This document shows, piece after piece, positions 12,973 through 28,074 of a DNA stretch of 64,000 nucleotides. Location: contig JAQGDQ010000106.1 in the NCBI GenBank assembly GCA_030141605.1, positions 1 to 64,000 on the forward strand. Reading direction: 5' to 3'. A model generated the notes under the pieces. It ran no database searches. It was given only the letters and a program-made list of their open reading frames with translations, and was not told the DNA's origin. The DNA comes from Tubiluchus corallicola (lineage: Eukaryota > Animalia > Priapulida). The first letter of the stretch is position 1, and each line of letters opens with the position of its first letter. The position numbers and the translations under genes were made by a program.

Positions 12973-15900
12973 TAATGCCTTTTTCACGCTAAAGAGGATG
13001 TAAATACCTATGCGTCCGCACACCTTATTTTTCCTTTAGTTTTTACACCTTAATGAAACACTCTCAAATGCCCTGAATCTGTATCATAAATAACAAACTT
13101 AAACACAATATAAGAGCGGCCAGCACTTATTGGTAAGCAAAGACTGATGCAAAGTATGTCAGCTAACTTTTTATAAGGAGCATCGAAAAAAGAAACAGGA
13201 AACCTAAACTATAAATAACTAACCTCTAAGCACCTGTGGTTCTAGTCACATGATAGGTGCACAAAACAGGCTGTTTACTCTGCAGCACCTAAAACAAATA
13301 AATTAAATGACAGTAATTAGCAGTAAAAAAATCTATTGTTACATCATAGCACAAATTCATTCACAAATTTACTTTTTTCTTCATATTCCAATGAATGAAT
13401 TCGAAAACAAGGGTAAAAGCGCATATGCTTTGATGGCAGTGCAGTGTAATATTCATCTCAGTGCTGCAAAAAACATGGCAGGAAATACAAAGCACAGTAC
13501 AAACACATGCCACTACACACAAAATACATTAGTCCTTTATTGCTGCGAAATAACAATTGGGTGATTATTCACTGACTAATTAAAATTTATTTTAAGTCGA
13601 TGTTTATAACAATAAAGTTTAGCCAAATAAAATAAGGATATCTTTACTGTATGTAATTGATTATACAAGTTGAAAATATGAACAGATATATTAATTACAA
13701 AAACAGTTCTGGTACTAATAAGCTTGGCCTGCTATCTCTTTATCAGAATCTTGAAAAACAATGTACAAACAAAAAGAGCAAAAAAGTACAGTTAGGAAAC
13801 ATGTAAAAAATCATTTAACCAAGCCAGATTACCAAATACTATCTTATGCGCGGAAAGTTTAGATTACTACAAAGTATCTCTATCTGCATACATAACACAT
13901 TTGCCTGTATCTCACATTTGTTTGCTTGCTTGTGTCTACCTATACCGCTTACACCTTGCCTGCCCATCTGTTTACTTGCTTACTTATTTGTCAGTTTGGT
14001 CGCCAAATTGCCTTCCCACTCTTTATCTAATTAATGTTTTTTAATATGCTAATATATTTATATAAATGCGTTAATCTATTTATTCTGATATTTATTTACT
14101 ACTGACACGGCCGATGTTGTATTTTTATTGTTTACAATTCCAGTTTAGGTTACTTCGAGTTTTTTCTTGCACTTCGCTAGCAAATGTTGTATAATGTTTT
14201 CTTGCATATTATTGCACTGCAAATATGCTGCCTGTTTTATATTAAGGTTCAGTAAATAAGTAAATTTAGTATTTATGTAATTTTTGTACTTTTAATTGTG
14301 TAATATTGCTTATCTCAGGGTCTACAGATGTGTAATGTGTCAGTACAACATTTTTAATTCCATAATACCTAGACAGTTGGTGTTACAATGTTTAAGATAA
14401 ATTAGATAATAATTACTAGTAACTAAGAATCAAATTTTTCGAACACAACATGTGTGCACAAGATTAAACACTGAGTACGTAAGGATTTTTGATATTATAG
14501 TTGTTGCCTAGTTGTTGTTTTCATGTTATTTACCTAATATTGAACTTTGCGACAGCACTAAATGACCTTCGGAGTTTAAATTAATGTATAAATGTGTATA
14601 AATCACGGTTTAGTTGGACCTACATCAGGCCAACGTATTAACATCAATAACATGTATACCATTATTAACAGCCACCCAAAATCTCACTTATGCAAACTAA
14701 TATCTCTAACAGTTATTTAGCAAACTGTTGTCAACACTTGATTACCAAACTTGCATAACTTAATTTTATGACATTTAAGTTGAAACAGCTATTTGATTAC
14801 GCAATCCACCGCGCGGTCTATAAAATCATGCGAAACTTGTTATTTTCTGATTATCAACAATGAACACTTGCCTGATTTTCTTGCGTAATTGAGCTTGTAA
14901 AACTACGTCAACTCTTTGTTGCAATCATCCCACACAGGTAGCAACCTCTAGCTCAGGTGTAGTTTGCCGCCCACTCTACTTGGGCAGCGTTCACGCACAC
15001 GTAACATACCCATGATTACCATGCTGCTGTGTGCACTGAGATTAAGCACTAAGGTAATGATTTCTGATATTATACTGTATTTAGATATCTGTCATGCAAA
15101 GCGTGGGCAATGCTAAGTTTTTTTTCATAACAATCAACAATAACCCACAGTAAACCCACGTTTTAAGAAACGCAGGGCTTTTAAATGTTATTACACAATC
15201 TTTCAACACTATCGATTAATAACAGAATGAGCCACCAATTTTACTTTGAATTTAAACTGCATATCTTTCAGGTACAAGATAGAAGACTTAATCACAAGGT
15301 ACTGAGTGGTCTAATGCCACAAGAACAAAATTAGTACCTGTCTAAAATACAAACGACTAGGCGATATAGATAGAAAACATTGCGCAGCGGTGCAAGTGTG
15401 CCAAGTTAAATCCAGCTCAGTTTCAACTCTCACATTTTAATTGGTTTGACTAAATACAACTCCAGAAATAAAACGTAATCGCGACTTTATTCCGTCTTCT
15501 AAATTTCATATCTCACCACAATTTTGAGTAATTATATCAACTAGCTGATAGACTGACTGGCCTATCGAGCTAAACTAGCATTGCAGTTATATTTGCTGTA
15601 GACTCAACGGATTCCACCGGTCCCTAAACGTAGTACATTAAGATCTTTTGCATCAGGATGATTAAAACAAGTTCCAGTAATCCACAAAGTATATCCTTAC
15701 ATGGCGGGCTTGACGGCCCAGATCAGTGCCATTGAATACAAATACTTAATAGTGAAAAAATTAATATAATTTCTCAATAAATTATAAAAGGTGGTCACAA
15801 CTCGAAAAGCTTTTAAAAACGCAACAAACAAAAAGAAGCTAACAGGCCTAATCACAAGAAAAATTAAACACACTTTTTTAACAAGCCAGACAAGCAAAGC

Positions 15901-18779
15901 CAGACTTTTATTTTCTCTTCTTCATAAACATGCATCATTTTTTACGATGTTATTTTTTAAAATTTCTTTAATTGTTATTTTGTGTTGATTTTTTCATTCA
16001 CAAATTCACCAGGCTCACTTTACCACGTGTGGGAATCATGCAGCAGGATGGATGTTCTACAGCCATCAAGAGATCTGAGTCACATCGTAACAGATTTCGC
16101 TAATTGTTGTGTGCCCTGCATCTGCCACGTGCAACATGTAGCAACGCACACTACGTGAATAAAAGCACATTTTTGACATTCTCAGTGCAGATACAGAGAT
16201 TAGGGCATACTTAGTTTGAGAAATCTAAGGTCAACTTATCACCGAAGGTTTGCTAAGCTTAAGAGTACCGTAAAACAAAAACTGTGCTGGGCAAAAAGGT
16301 CCACATTTTCGCGATTATTTTTTAGGATTTTATTACGTTTTCAATAAATTAATAGCACTACTCATTCCCATTCAATTTCGCTAATCAGTACACATTTATA
16401 CACAGTTGACATTCAGTGCCAACCAGATATTTAGTAAGTACTATTATCGTTCTGCCTCGTTACTACTTTTTTGCTCTGCTGCTGACTTCAGTCGGTTTAG
16501 CGGATCACTGTTAGGATATGCCGCAAGTGTATTGCTACGCAAGTAAGAAAAACAGTTTTGGAAATAATAAAAATCACATAACACATACACATTTCACTTT
16601 CAATAATGCAGCTGTGTATTTAAAGTGATACATCTTTTGATATTATTTTCTGCCTAACTTAATAATAGCCATTCTATTTGCCGCTGTACAATTTTCTCTT
16701 ATTTTATAAAAACTATTATAATATAGAACTTACGACCACATAAGAAACCAAACAAAAAGCAAACTCCTGGTCCTGCCCCAGTGCTTAAAGCACAAGAAAA
16801 CCCTCCACTTACATAAAGCTTAAAAAATTCGTCTTGAAATTTTATACAACTCACATATTGCCTTTTTGGCATGCAGGGCTTGCGTCAGCAGTAACGCCGT
16901 ATAAAACTTGTAAATTTAAACTCCCGCAATGACCGTTAGGTGCAGCCATTTTGACGATAAGTCATTGCAAACAAGTTCAGAGAACACTGAAAAAAGCTTG
17001 AAAAGGTAATTAGGGCATTCGCAGCGCACACATTGCTAACTAAGTAATATTTTAAATTACTGTACCCTGAGATAACGACATTTTACCAACTGGTGAAAAC
17101 AGTTTAAATAATTAATAATTTTCTTTTCTAGTTAAATAAGTCTTTCAAGAGGTTAAGCGAGATATTAAGTAATATAACTTTGCATGGAAAGTTTTTTGGG
17201 ACATAGTTTAACATTTTTTCTTCTTCCATGATTTACGTTGTGCGTATATGACGTCATACAATGGCGCGGTCAGAACAGTATTACGGGAGATTTAAAATGA
17301 ACACTAACAAAAATCCTCTCAACGCGAGTACGATATATGTATAAAATTGCTATAAAGTAATATAATTTTTAAGGCGATTTTCCTGAAACCTACTTCAGGT
17401 ACCCATTTTCTTGTCCTTTAAAGGGGCTCAGTTTTACAAAGGGTTTTACAAGGGGTTCATTCTTACAAAGTTATTGGAACCACGAATTTGAAATAATACC
17501 TTTTGTCACACTGAAACTTTAAACTAAAATTAGTTTCCAGATCCACATAGAGTTTAAAACGTTTGGGAATTTTTACCCTTTTCCATTGCTTTTTGGTTAA
17601 GTGCCCATGAAAAAGCAAAATTTGTTGTTCTCGGGAATGTTAAAGGTGCCAGCTATTTTATGTTATTTACTGTATTATTCTGCACCTAATGGACAAAGAA
17701 CAATCCATATGGTGAACTGGGAACGAACTAATGTTCCTTTGTGCAAAAGAACTCGGAACTGCATTCTTTCTCTAGAACGCCAGAAGAGCTACCCCGCACT
17801 ATGGGATTAGCTCCTTTCGTAACGGATGAATTTGGAGCTGGAGTTAGCTCTTTTTTGCCAAAGAAGTGGAAGTAACTCACAGAACTGAGGAACTTGTACA
17901 ACCTTGCGGCTCTACTCACAACATAAGCTGGAACCACATGAACTCTTTTTCACCTATACTGAAAAGTGCTGACGTATTCTTCAAAGTATTTTGATACTTC
18001 TACAATATAATTATTGTGAACACCTCATTAACTGCCAGAATAATTAGTTTTTTTGGAGATTATTCAACTTACAATTGACCTTGAATGGGACAAAGCTTTT
18101 CCATTGACTTCATGCTCAGTAAGATGGCGTAAGAGATGACAGTGTTTACATGCATATAAGTGAGAGACAGAGAGAGAGAAGGCGAAAGAAAGGAGAGATA
18201 TTTTTAAGTAATAACCCATTACGTTGAGTGCAGTATTCTTGTGACAGAATTACTGAATTAGTCCAGAACTGACCTTCGTCGAGAATCTACCAAGGTAGAG
18301 TGGCTAAATAAAGAGATGTATTAATATTCGTCATTGTCGTTTGATGATTATACCACTCACAAAATATTCAAATGTTGTAATAATGTAATTTCTGCTGACA
18401 TCTCACACTGCCACGTAGCTTTTTGCTATAATAGCGTTGTGTTACGCAGTTTTGTGCTAGGGTGTGTGTTGTACCAGAGATCTTTTGGTTGCATTTAATG
18501 CTTTGTAGCACAATGCACTGCTTACTATTGAAAGTCAGTGCGTTTCACTTGTATGTTCAAATTTGCATTCTATTATACATATCATTCTCTTATGTTGCGT
18601 ATGCTATACTGTATTATGCATTGCTCTGAATTACATTTCCATGTCATATCAGAACATAGCATTATACAACTGTGTTTTGTGTTACTTCGCATAACATCAC
18701 ATTGCATTATCAGCAGTTTTAAGATTTTAACTAAACATCGAGGTAATTTGGCAATGTTCTTGCAACTTGTAACAGAAAG

Positions 18780-20530
18780 ATAAAGCGAAAACATACAGTT
18801 AAACATTGTAAACGGACGAACGTGAAAACGAATGGAGAAAACGAAGAAATCAAGAAAAAACACAAATGCAAACGGGGGGGGGGGGGTAAAAATGAAATAG
18901 ATTCAAACAGAACGAAATGAGGATAAAGGTAAAATATTAAAAATTGGTACAATCACGAGGATACGAGTAATGTCTCAAGATAAATAAGATTGAGATGAGA
19001 TAAGGATAATGATGCGTGCAAGGATAAATAACAGTTGATAATGATATTGAAAATGAACATGATAATGATGATGATGGCGATAAAGACCTAAATGAAGACA
19101 AAATTTAATGTAAAATGTTTACAAACGTGGAAATGAAGTTGGGACGGAACCTAGAGATTGAGACTAAAGTAAGTATAAAAACAAAAAGCACGCAACAACG
19201 ATCAAGAGAAAGAGAAGAAAACGAAAAACACAAGATAAATGTAAAGGTAAAGATACTCACAACATAAAGACAAGGATTAGGTTAAAAAATAAAAATGGGA
19301 TAATAAGATAGAATCAGGAGAACGAACAAGATAAAGATACCTAAATAACAAAGAAAGCAGAAAGATAAATGTAAAATGCAAACGTAAAAATAAAGAGGGT
19401 CAAGCTTAGAGATTTAAAATCAAGATCTAAACGCAAATCATATAGGTGAAGAAGCAGATGAAAATGAAGCAGAAAACAATATATATATATATATAAAGGT
19501 AATGCATACCTGAAGATAAAGGTAAAGATAAAGCAAATATGAAGATAACGATAAAAATAAAGATAAACACAAAAACAAAGACAAAGCAGAAAGAAAAATA
19601 AAGATTACGATGCAAGTAAAGTAGAAGATATAGTAAAGGTTATGATGATGATAAAGAAAAAGATAAAGATAAGGATAAAGCAACATGAAGGCAAAAATAA
19701 AGGTACAACAGAAATGAAGCTGAAGCAAGAATTGGAAATAAAAGAAAACGCTTCAGATGGAGCTGAAAATGGAAAGAAATACAAAGACGGAAATGAAAGC
19801 AAAAATAATAATAATTTAGATTACAGATTAAATATGGATAAGAAAAAAGGCAAAAATGAAGATGGGGATTGTCAGAAATGCAGATCCAGACGAAGATGCA
19901 GAATTGCAGTCAAAGACGAAATTGAAAAATAGATAAAGATGCGCAATATGTATACAGAAAGATCGACCAAAAAGCTAAAAATAAAATTAAATGTAGTGTA
20001 AAGTTATAGTCAATGAAAAATGTAAATATATTTTAGAAGTAAAGGTAATCACGCTTGGAAGGATAAAGTAAAAAACGTGAAGACATAGACACAAAGTTTC
20101 AAACGTAAAAACAGGGATCAAATAAAAATAAAAGTAAAGGTAACGGTAACAGTTTCAAAAACATAAATGTAAAGATAAACAAAAAGGCTACGATAAAGGA
20201 AAAGGGTAAAGCTAAAGATAAGAGTAAGAATAAGCAGAAAGATAAAAATAAGCGTAAAGCAGAGGTAAAAGTAATGAGAAAAAGATAGCGGGAAACATGA
20301 AGCTAAGACGAAGACATCAAAAATAAAGATAAAAGTAAAAGAAAAGAAAAAATAGGAAGACAGAAAGAAAGAACAGAGTTAAAAGGAAAAAGGAAGGTAG
20401 GCAGAAAAGCGGTAAGCGGTAAGGAAGGAAGAAAAAATAAAGAAGAAAGACACAAACAGAAAGGAGAAAGAAAAGAAAAAAAGAAAGGGAGAAAGAAGAA
20501 TTATGTCCAAAGGCAAAGGCAAAGGTGAGC
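18780..20530. repeat. Long purine-rich low-complexity tract, degenerate (AAAGAT)n
   Basis: Strong A/G strand bias with recurring AAAGAT/AAAGGT/AAGGAT hexamers; no long open frame in the ORF track. Confidence 0.85.
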
Positions 20531-23500
20531 ACTGAAAAGATGTACGTCATTAAATTTTAATTAGCTACCGCGTTACTGTTAAGTTTGCAAAAAAGCAGAA
20601 CTAAAGCCCAAAAGCTGTTCACACATTTGGCAACATCAGTAACAATGATAACTATAGTTTTAAATAAGGTTCTTACATCATAAATAACTCCTGTAACCTG
20701 GCTAAATACCTGACTGAGATTGCCATTTACTGATTTACTGACTGTTGCCACTAGTCCACAAAATGCCATAGCCATAACCAAAAGTCCTTGAATGTGACAC
20801 AGAAATGCTTAGAGTTAACAATACAGTAAGCTACTAACACACGCACGCGCGACACGTGTAGTGCATGCATACACAACGTTACGCACGCATTTTGTAAAAG
20901 AAACTGGTTTATTTTGTATACATACGATTCTCATTAAACGACACTACATCTACATACCCGTATATACAAACACTGGCGTTCAACTACAATTTCAGCAATG
21001 AGAGAAACCCTTTCGTCATCAGTTACAAATACGTAGGTCTATTTACGTCCTCATTGCACGAAAGGTGGTTAGAAAATTAAACAGCATTCTATTTATACCT
21101 ATAAATTACCTAGTTTAATTGCTCAAATCTAAATATTTACAAATTATTGCGTTTAGATTGACTATGGTTGCGGCTGTGAATTTCAGTAAACATAAATTTA
21201 TAATCTAACGATAACGAGCACAACGGTCAATACAACAAAACTCACGCTGTACAAGTACTTGTTAGAAATCCTTCTCAATTACGTGTATTTGTGCATACTG
21301 CTCTTTTCACTTAAGTCATTTCTTTTATACAACTATTTTACACGATATTATTTAGCGTAAACAGCCGGTGCTAAACGATTTTTTGCCACATTCGTTACAA
21401 TTATGTATACTGCAGTTTTATGTATCGTCTTAATATCATTTTGTACCTATGTGTACAATTAAACTATTAAAATCCAGGGCAGTTTTCTTTTGTTTCTTTT
21501 AGGTGAATTACAATATTTTTTGTAATATTAACTAACTAATAATTAAAAAGTATCAAGTGTTTTTCTGTAATATAAAATACAACTGTCAAAGTATTAATGT
21601 TTTTAAAAACATTTTTAATAGGCGTTTAATTGGTTTGTAAAGCTAGATCAAATAAAAATGTCAACGATTTCGCGCTAATAATTATTAATTTTGTAAATTA
21701 CATTACATCTATTATTAATTTTCATTTTACAGGTCTGACTACGAGTTATTCAGGCTGAGGCGTCTTAACTGTAGAATTAAGCCTTACTTCCAAAACACTT
21801 TATTTCTAACGAAAAATACAGTTTAGCTTATCAAAATTATTACTTTGCCACAATAGCGCCAGTTAGCAACGAAATTATATTAAAAACCAAAAAAAACATT
21901 TTTCAAACGAAGTGAAAATTTCAATAATTTACATAATGGTTACCCAACTGATTTACATTTTTTCTGCATCAAATTTTAATGTCAAAAATATTAGGGAATT
22001 TAATCTAAAGTGTTATCTATTTTTTGTTTTTTCTCTGTCCACTTCCTTTTATTTAATTGTGAAAACATTGAAGAACTCGAATTTTTCGTGAATCCATTTC
22101 CTCTAACTTTCACTTTCACCCATTTGTCATTACATAATGAATACAAAACCATTTTTTATCGCATCGCCAGACATTTTCTAATTCTGCCTTCTAAACCAAC
22201 TCTTCGTCGGACGCAAAACAGAAAAGTCGCATTTTTTTCAAGTGTGCAGTTTCCCATGTATCCTAACATATACCTTGGATAACACAGTTGATCTTTGCAT
22301 CATTTTCACAATTATACAAATTCACGTACCTTCCAAAGTTAGCTTTTTTCGATGAATTAAACTATACTAAAATGATTGAGATCGCGGACTGTATCTCCCG
22401 TTATCTCGTCATCTCAGCAAGCGCAAAGCCCGGTTTTTCAACAGCACAAAACACTGCAAACGCTGTATCTGCAATTATAGCCTCGCGTACACACACTGAC
22501 TGCACTATGAGCACAAATTCAGCACGGTAATATAAGCCACGAAAGACGACATATTGCCCAAGGAACGCGTAGACGGTTGCAGGCAGCAGCTAGCTAACGC
22601 ATTATCGTCTGCTGCTGACTCAAAACTGATGAATGAATTGAAACGGTTGTGCGTCGGCTGTAACCGCTGCTGGCGTCACACCGCTAGCATTTAAGCGCAC
22701 TATTTATTAACGAAAGCCGCAGCCCAGTTTTGCATGACGCAACAAGAAGAAAACGCCCCGGGATTGGCGCGAGGTTGGGAAATTCGGGAAAAATGATTGC
22801 TGCATAGCAAAGAAATTTGTGTAAAGAAGACAAAGACAAAACCGCTGCTAATGAATGCCAAAAGGCATAAACCCGACTTAAGCAATGAATACTACATCTC
22901 AGAAATAAGCTTACTATGCCGTTTTCTCTAACATAAGCCTGCTTTACAAAGGAGCTCACTTTTAGTATTAACAGGGTTTATTCTCAGGTTTTGCTTTGAT
23001 TATTTTCTTAGGCATCAGCGCCTCTCCATTTTGATGAATTAGCAAAAATACTCATTATTCCATGCTCTTATTATTTCTGTTATATTAAGGTAACTGGTTG
23101 TCGCTTGCAAACTTATCAAGTACTTTCTCATCAGGCATGTGCAGAGAGAGGGAGAGCTAGGGGCCCTGCTCTTACTGTTCTACATATCAAAAGTACCTTT
23201 TTAGCCAAAATAAAAAAAAAAGATTTTGACAGAAGAAAATTAGTACCTGGTTTCAACTATTTGTTCTAGTAATACTAAATCGTTATTCAAAAAGTTCGAA
23301 TGATGGGAACGCACTGGCTTCTTTTTGCAAGATTCTCTAAAACTACGTAGGTAGATAAAAATAGTACAGGTAAATATATCACAGTGAACAAGACACGGGT
23401 ACCATTTTTTATATTTTCATTTGTGACATTTTTCTTGTGCTTTGATTAAAGTGTCATTATTAACTGTGATGCTAACGTTTTACCATGTCCAACACACCAT

Positions 23501-24899
23501 GTATATCAGTTACGCCATTTAAAATGCAGGTCGCTTACAAAAACTTATTTTCCTCTCTCGTGTTATATCTTGTGCAGTGTACCTTTTTCATGTGAGATAC
23601 GCGCCTTTGTTACGATTTCAAGATATATATTTTCATACAAAGATTTTATGTACCACTTCATTGGCATACAAAAGAGTATTAGGGTATGATGGGACATAAA
23701 GCTTCTTTAGGGCAAAGCCTCCTAAGGATTTTTACAGAAATGTCAAGAGAGAACGCTATACATATGTGTGGTATAGTGACAGTTCTTAAACGAATAGAAA
23801 CAGATAAAAGTTTTATGCAAAGGGACAAAAGACAAAAGGGACCCGGGGATTTAATTGCGACTCATTTCTATTATCAAATTTATAGCATAGTAGTAATCAT
23901 TATTTCGCTTTTGTATGTAGGGGAACACATGTGGGATATTTGGCCCGAATTGTAAAAGAAACGCAAACAAAACATTTAGTCCATTTGAAAACCAAAGTTC
24001 GCAAATGCAATAATCGAAGTTGGTATGACAGATTTTGATGATAGATTAATGTTGTTTGTCATTCTAAAAACGAAGATGCTAAAATTTTTGTAATTGAAAG
24101 CATTTTGCCACAATAAGTAAGCTGTCTGTGCCTGAATTAAATCTTTTCGTTTGTAAAAAACAGTTTTGTGTTTGCACGCAGAAAATGACACGGTAAGCTA
24201 AATGACCCCAGGTCTTTTTACCTGGAAACGAAGTAGTTAGTAAACAAATAATATCTTGTACGATGAAAGCATATTATGTGAATAACACATTGGAAAAATT
24301 AGAAATATGCCTACAAAATAATGTGGGAAATGTATGCTCTGACATTTAAGAGAGACCTTCTATCCCACCATTGCACCACAAGGTACTGACACCTCAGGAT
24401 TTGAGAATATTTACCACATATTATTTTATTTTTTTACATACGTGCAGTAAATATTTCTTATATAGTGTCCTTTTACAGTTCAGCCCCTGCCTTTCGAAAG
24501 TCTATGCACGTCACTATTCATCATCTGTCTAGACGATAATTTTACTTTATTACAAGATGTCCATTAAGAGTATTTAATTAATCAGATCCAATTGCCTGTT
24601 TTGTGCACCTTACAAACAAAAGCACTTTTAAATGTTAATATTATTTATGTTATTTACTTAGGCGCAAGAGTAGATACACGTTAATGCAGCGATGTCACTT
24701 TGTTATACGGTTGCCGTTAAGTGACAAGCTGTCCGAAAAACGTGAGGTCCTGGAAAAGGTCCAGTGATGGTCAACTCGACAGGAGAAATGGTTGTTAAGT
24801 GCTTCGAACCCGAGTAAGATCGAGAACACATAGCTGTGCCATTTTAGACTCATTGTTTCAGAAGCAACCAAATGGTCGTTATTATTTACCATTTCAGTC

Positions 24900-26480
24900 C
24901 CCCTAGTAGAGTCATGTATCTAGTAGCCTTTTTCTGGACGGACTCAATTTTATGGAACACACAGATAGTATGTGGTGATCATAAAACTACGCAGCATTCT
25001 AGCATTGGCCACACAAGTGCATAGTTACAGTAAAGCTTGATAAACGTCTAAACGTTTTCGGCTTTACAGCTTCTAAATACGAAAGCCAATAGCCGCACGG
25101 CTACCACAATAATTAATATTGCTAAAATGCGGGTTCCTCAACAAATCATTCGACAAATGCACACCTAAATGTACCTGTGTGCTAACTTCCTTAATTTAAT
25201 TTCAGTTTACCGTATATGCAACGTGTTCAGGCTGACAGCCTCTACAGGAGCTCAGTCTTCGATAGATTTAATCAGGACCGGTGCTAGAAAGTACGGGACC
25301 CAATTAGAAAATTGTTAGTGGGGCCCTCTATCATACAAAAGCTGAAGATTGATGTTTCATGCTTCCTGTAGTACTCCAATCCCAGCCAAAAAGCTTTGAA
25401 GGCTTGAGGCTCCACCATTAACCACAATGATATGTACTACAAATTGAAAACCTGCATGAAATATTTAATAAATATGTTATAAGTCAAGATAATTACTGAC
25501 ATACTGTTTGTGCATATGCCTTCTAAAAACAGGCGATAAACTGAAATTAACAAAACAGATAAACAAACGATCAGTAAAAAACACTGAAACATAGATATAC
25601 AACAGATCAGACTGAATTGTTTCACTGCGTTCACAGCTTCAAGAAACTTCGTGCACACTGGACACTCATTAATTCATCATAGAGTCTTCGACTCGAGAGT
25701 GTGAAAGCGGGACCCCTCTTGGCGCGCGGCCCGATTTGAAGAAATCTGTCAAACTGGCTTAAAACCGGCCCTGGATCTAATAACAGTTTTGTTAGACTGA
25801 CCCTTGTCATAAATAGTGTTCAGGTCCGACTTTAAAACTTCGGTACCTGTTGAGTCCCTTGAAAACAGCGATTTCGTCTGTATACTGAAAAATGTCCGTA
25901 CGGACAGAAACTGTATAACACAAAAGCAAAAGCAACTGTATAAAATGAATAGTACCCAGAGTGAGCCCTGTGGAACACCAGATGTGACTGCGATCAAGTG
26001 AGAAAAATTTCCTTGTTAAACTACCCGTTATAGTCTGTTGCTCAAAAACTAGTGACCCATATGTGACTGTCACCAAATATACCGAAAGTTCTAAGGATAT
26101 CAAGCAGTTTAAATTGGGCCATCTTTAATATCAAACGTAAAGGAGAAATCAATCAAGGTAAGTAATGCCCGTCTAAAACTTCACACCACTTGTTATGTGA
26201 TGTGTCATACAATACTGAGTTGCAGCTCGCAACTAGACCCCTCAAGAAACCCGTGCTGTGTTTTGCTAATGATTTTCTTTAAGCATGTCATCTACAATTC
26301 TCTTCATCATTTTGCCAATTGAGTGCCTTTTAGAGATGGGCCGATTGTTTTCAAAAAGATCTTTAAAAACAGGTGTGACATGACCTCTCTTCCATTTTGC
26401 AAGAAGACAACCTAGCAGGTAGGTTCACATTAAACAGTCTGCAAAGTGAAGATGCCAAACTGCCGCACATTCCTTTACAG
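24900..26480 (-). mobile_element. Decayed CR1-like LINE ORF2 fragment, interrupted by a hAT MITE
   Basis: Minus-strand motifs in order: NRPIS..IGKMMKRIV, HGFL, IDFSFTFD, TSGVPQGS, YTDE, [MITE], VHLGVHLSNDL, ALVWPMLECC, KIESVQKKATR. Confidence 0.82.
25273..25773. mobile_element. hAT-type MITE
   Basis: Termini CAGGACCGGT / ACCGGCCCTG; 8-bp TSD GATTTAAT (25265-25272) and GATCTAAT (25774-25781). Confidence 0.85.
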
Positions 26481-27497
26481 TAAGTTAAGTGAGTGGCTGA
26501 CGGATGAACATGGGAGCATACGGAGTATAATTATATTGTTTAAAAAATAAACACACTAGTGTTACATAACGAATGGTAAGTAAAAAATTGGGCGCGAATG
26601 GAACAGGCATTAAGACTGTAGGTCCTATAGTGTGTACAAGGATCAAAATTTATCGCGTTGTTGCAAGGTTGTTTCTATACCTCAGCAAAAACGTCATAAT
26701 GAAGTTCTTCCCGGTATTGTGGTTTATATGTACGTAAGCATACCAAAATAAGTTCTGGAAATTCCGTTAAAATTCTTGTCGAACTGAAACATAAACACAT
26801 AGCTGTAGATTATGAACAAGATTTTGAAAACGTAGCCGCAGATTCTGTCAGTGATTACCCACACTTTAGCCTTTTGGGCCTGGAAGTCCTTGCAAGTGAA
26901 TTATGCTATTCAGACCAGTTGGATACTGCCATACGGTCGGAGACCGATCACAAGGGATCATTGTAATACTTCAAGTTTTAAAGGGAGAACTAATCCTCGA
27001 ACAACATTTATTGCATTTTAATGTACAATTAAAAATATTGAAATCGCAATGCACAATATGCGCATAGAATGCTTTGCTTCAAAATATAAAAGTATTTTCA
27101 ATATTTCTTATCTCCCGTTAAACGAGTCTTGATGCCGGCATGTTTAAAAAAATGACGTAAGCCGGTGTATGCTGGCAGCGTGAATGCCGTGAAGACAAGC
27201 TGTGTGAAGGTAAGCTTGCAAAATTTCTACAGTTTGCATAGAAATTCCGTTATTCTAATGTTGTGTTTAACCGTGTTTACCTAAAATTATGATCAAATTT
27301 AAAGTGGATAAGGCTACAGGATTACACCTCTTAAAATGTGTAAGAATTAACATTAATTTTGTAAATAATTAATTTAGAGATTTTTGTTGAGTTTCAGATA
27401 CGCGTGTAAACTTGTCAGCACACAGTAGGTACCGGGCTGGTTACTTAATTTATAGAGTTCGCTCTATAAGTTAAAAAAGTTTCTGAAGCACCTGGCA

Positions 27498-27645
27498 GGA
27501 TAAGTGTTTATATTGCACGGAAACCGGATGACGCCATTTTTCGTCTAGAATGAGCGCGCCCAAGCGTAAAGTAATCACAACTTTAAATTTCTAACATTTT
27601 TCTCAATTATTAAAATAAGCTCAACTTCCTGAGAGACTTGGCTTT
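27498..27645 (+). repeat. Dispersed repeat, homologous to 60600-60800
   Basis: Shared GGATAAGTGTTTATATTG.ACGG.AACC.GATGACGC.ATTT and TTTCTAACATTTT.CTCAA...CTCAACTTCC.GAGA.ACTTGG. Confidence 0.8.
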
Positions 27646-27816
27646 TGCTTTAAGACCCTTACAACATACGTTACGTGAAAGAGGTAAAAATTATGCATAT
27701 CTATTTTCCCAAGAAACAGGCGCAGATGTAAACTTGTAATTTAATTAAAGCTTTAAGTTTACGTCACGTTCCTAACGTGGTCTACTATATAATTGTGTAT
27801 ATATACATTACATATA

Positions 27817-28074
27817 CATCTTGACAGGTAGCGTCCTGAAAAATATAAAAAACGTACGCACCATTTCAGTATATAAGTTAGCATAGTTGGCCACTTGGTA
27901 CCTTCCTTGGTGACTAATGCAGGTATACCATATTATCACTATTATTTTAGTCTAAGCTTACAGACATACAGCGAGCTTGGCCATAGGTACACTTGATGCA
28001 CCGCTTTCTAAAACCTAGCCCAAGCAAAGCCAAGGCAGGCACCAAGTGGCCTACAGACGCTACCTGTCAAGATC
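27817..28074. mobile_element. TA-flanked MITE
   Basis: TIR ATCTTGACAGGTAGCGTC / GACGCTACCTGTCAAGAT; inner inverted pair GGCCACTTGGT.CCT.CCTTGG / CCAAGG.AGG.ACCAAGTGGCC; TA on both sides. Confidence 0.82.

Noticed and set aside
19427-20550. K-rich and F/L-rich ORFs
   Set aside because: By-products of the purine-biased low-complexity tract.
20557-20781. 74-aa minus-strand ORF
   Set aside because: Non-ATG start, no recognisable domain and no convincing splice sites.
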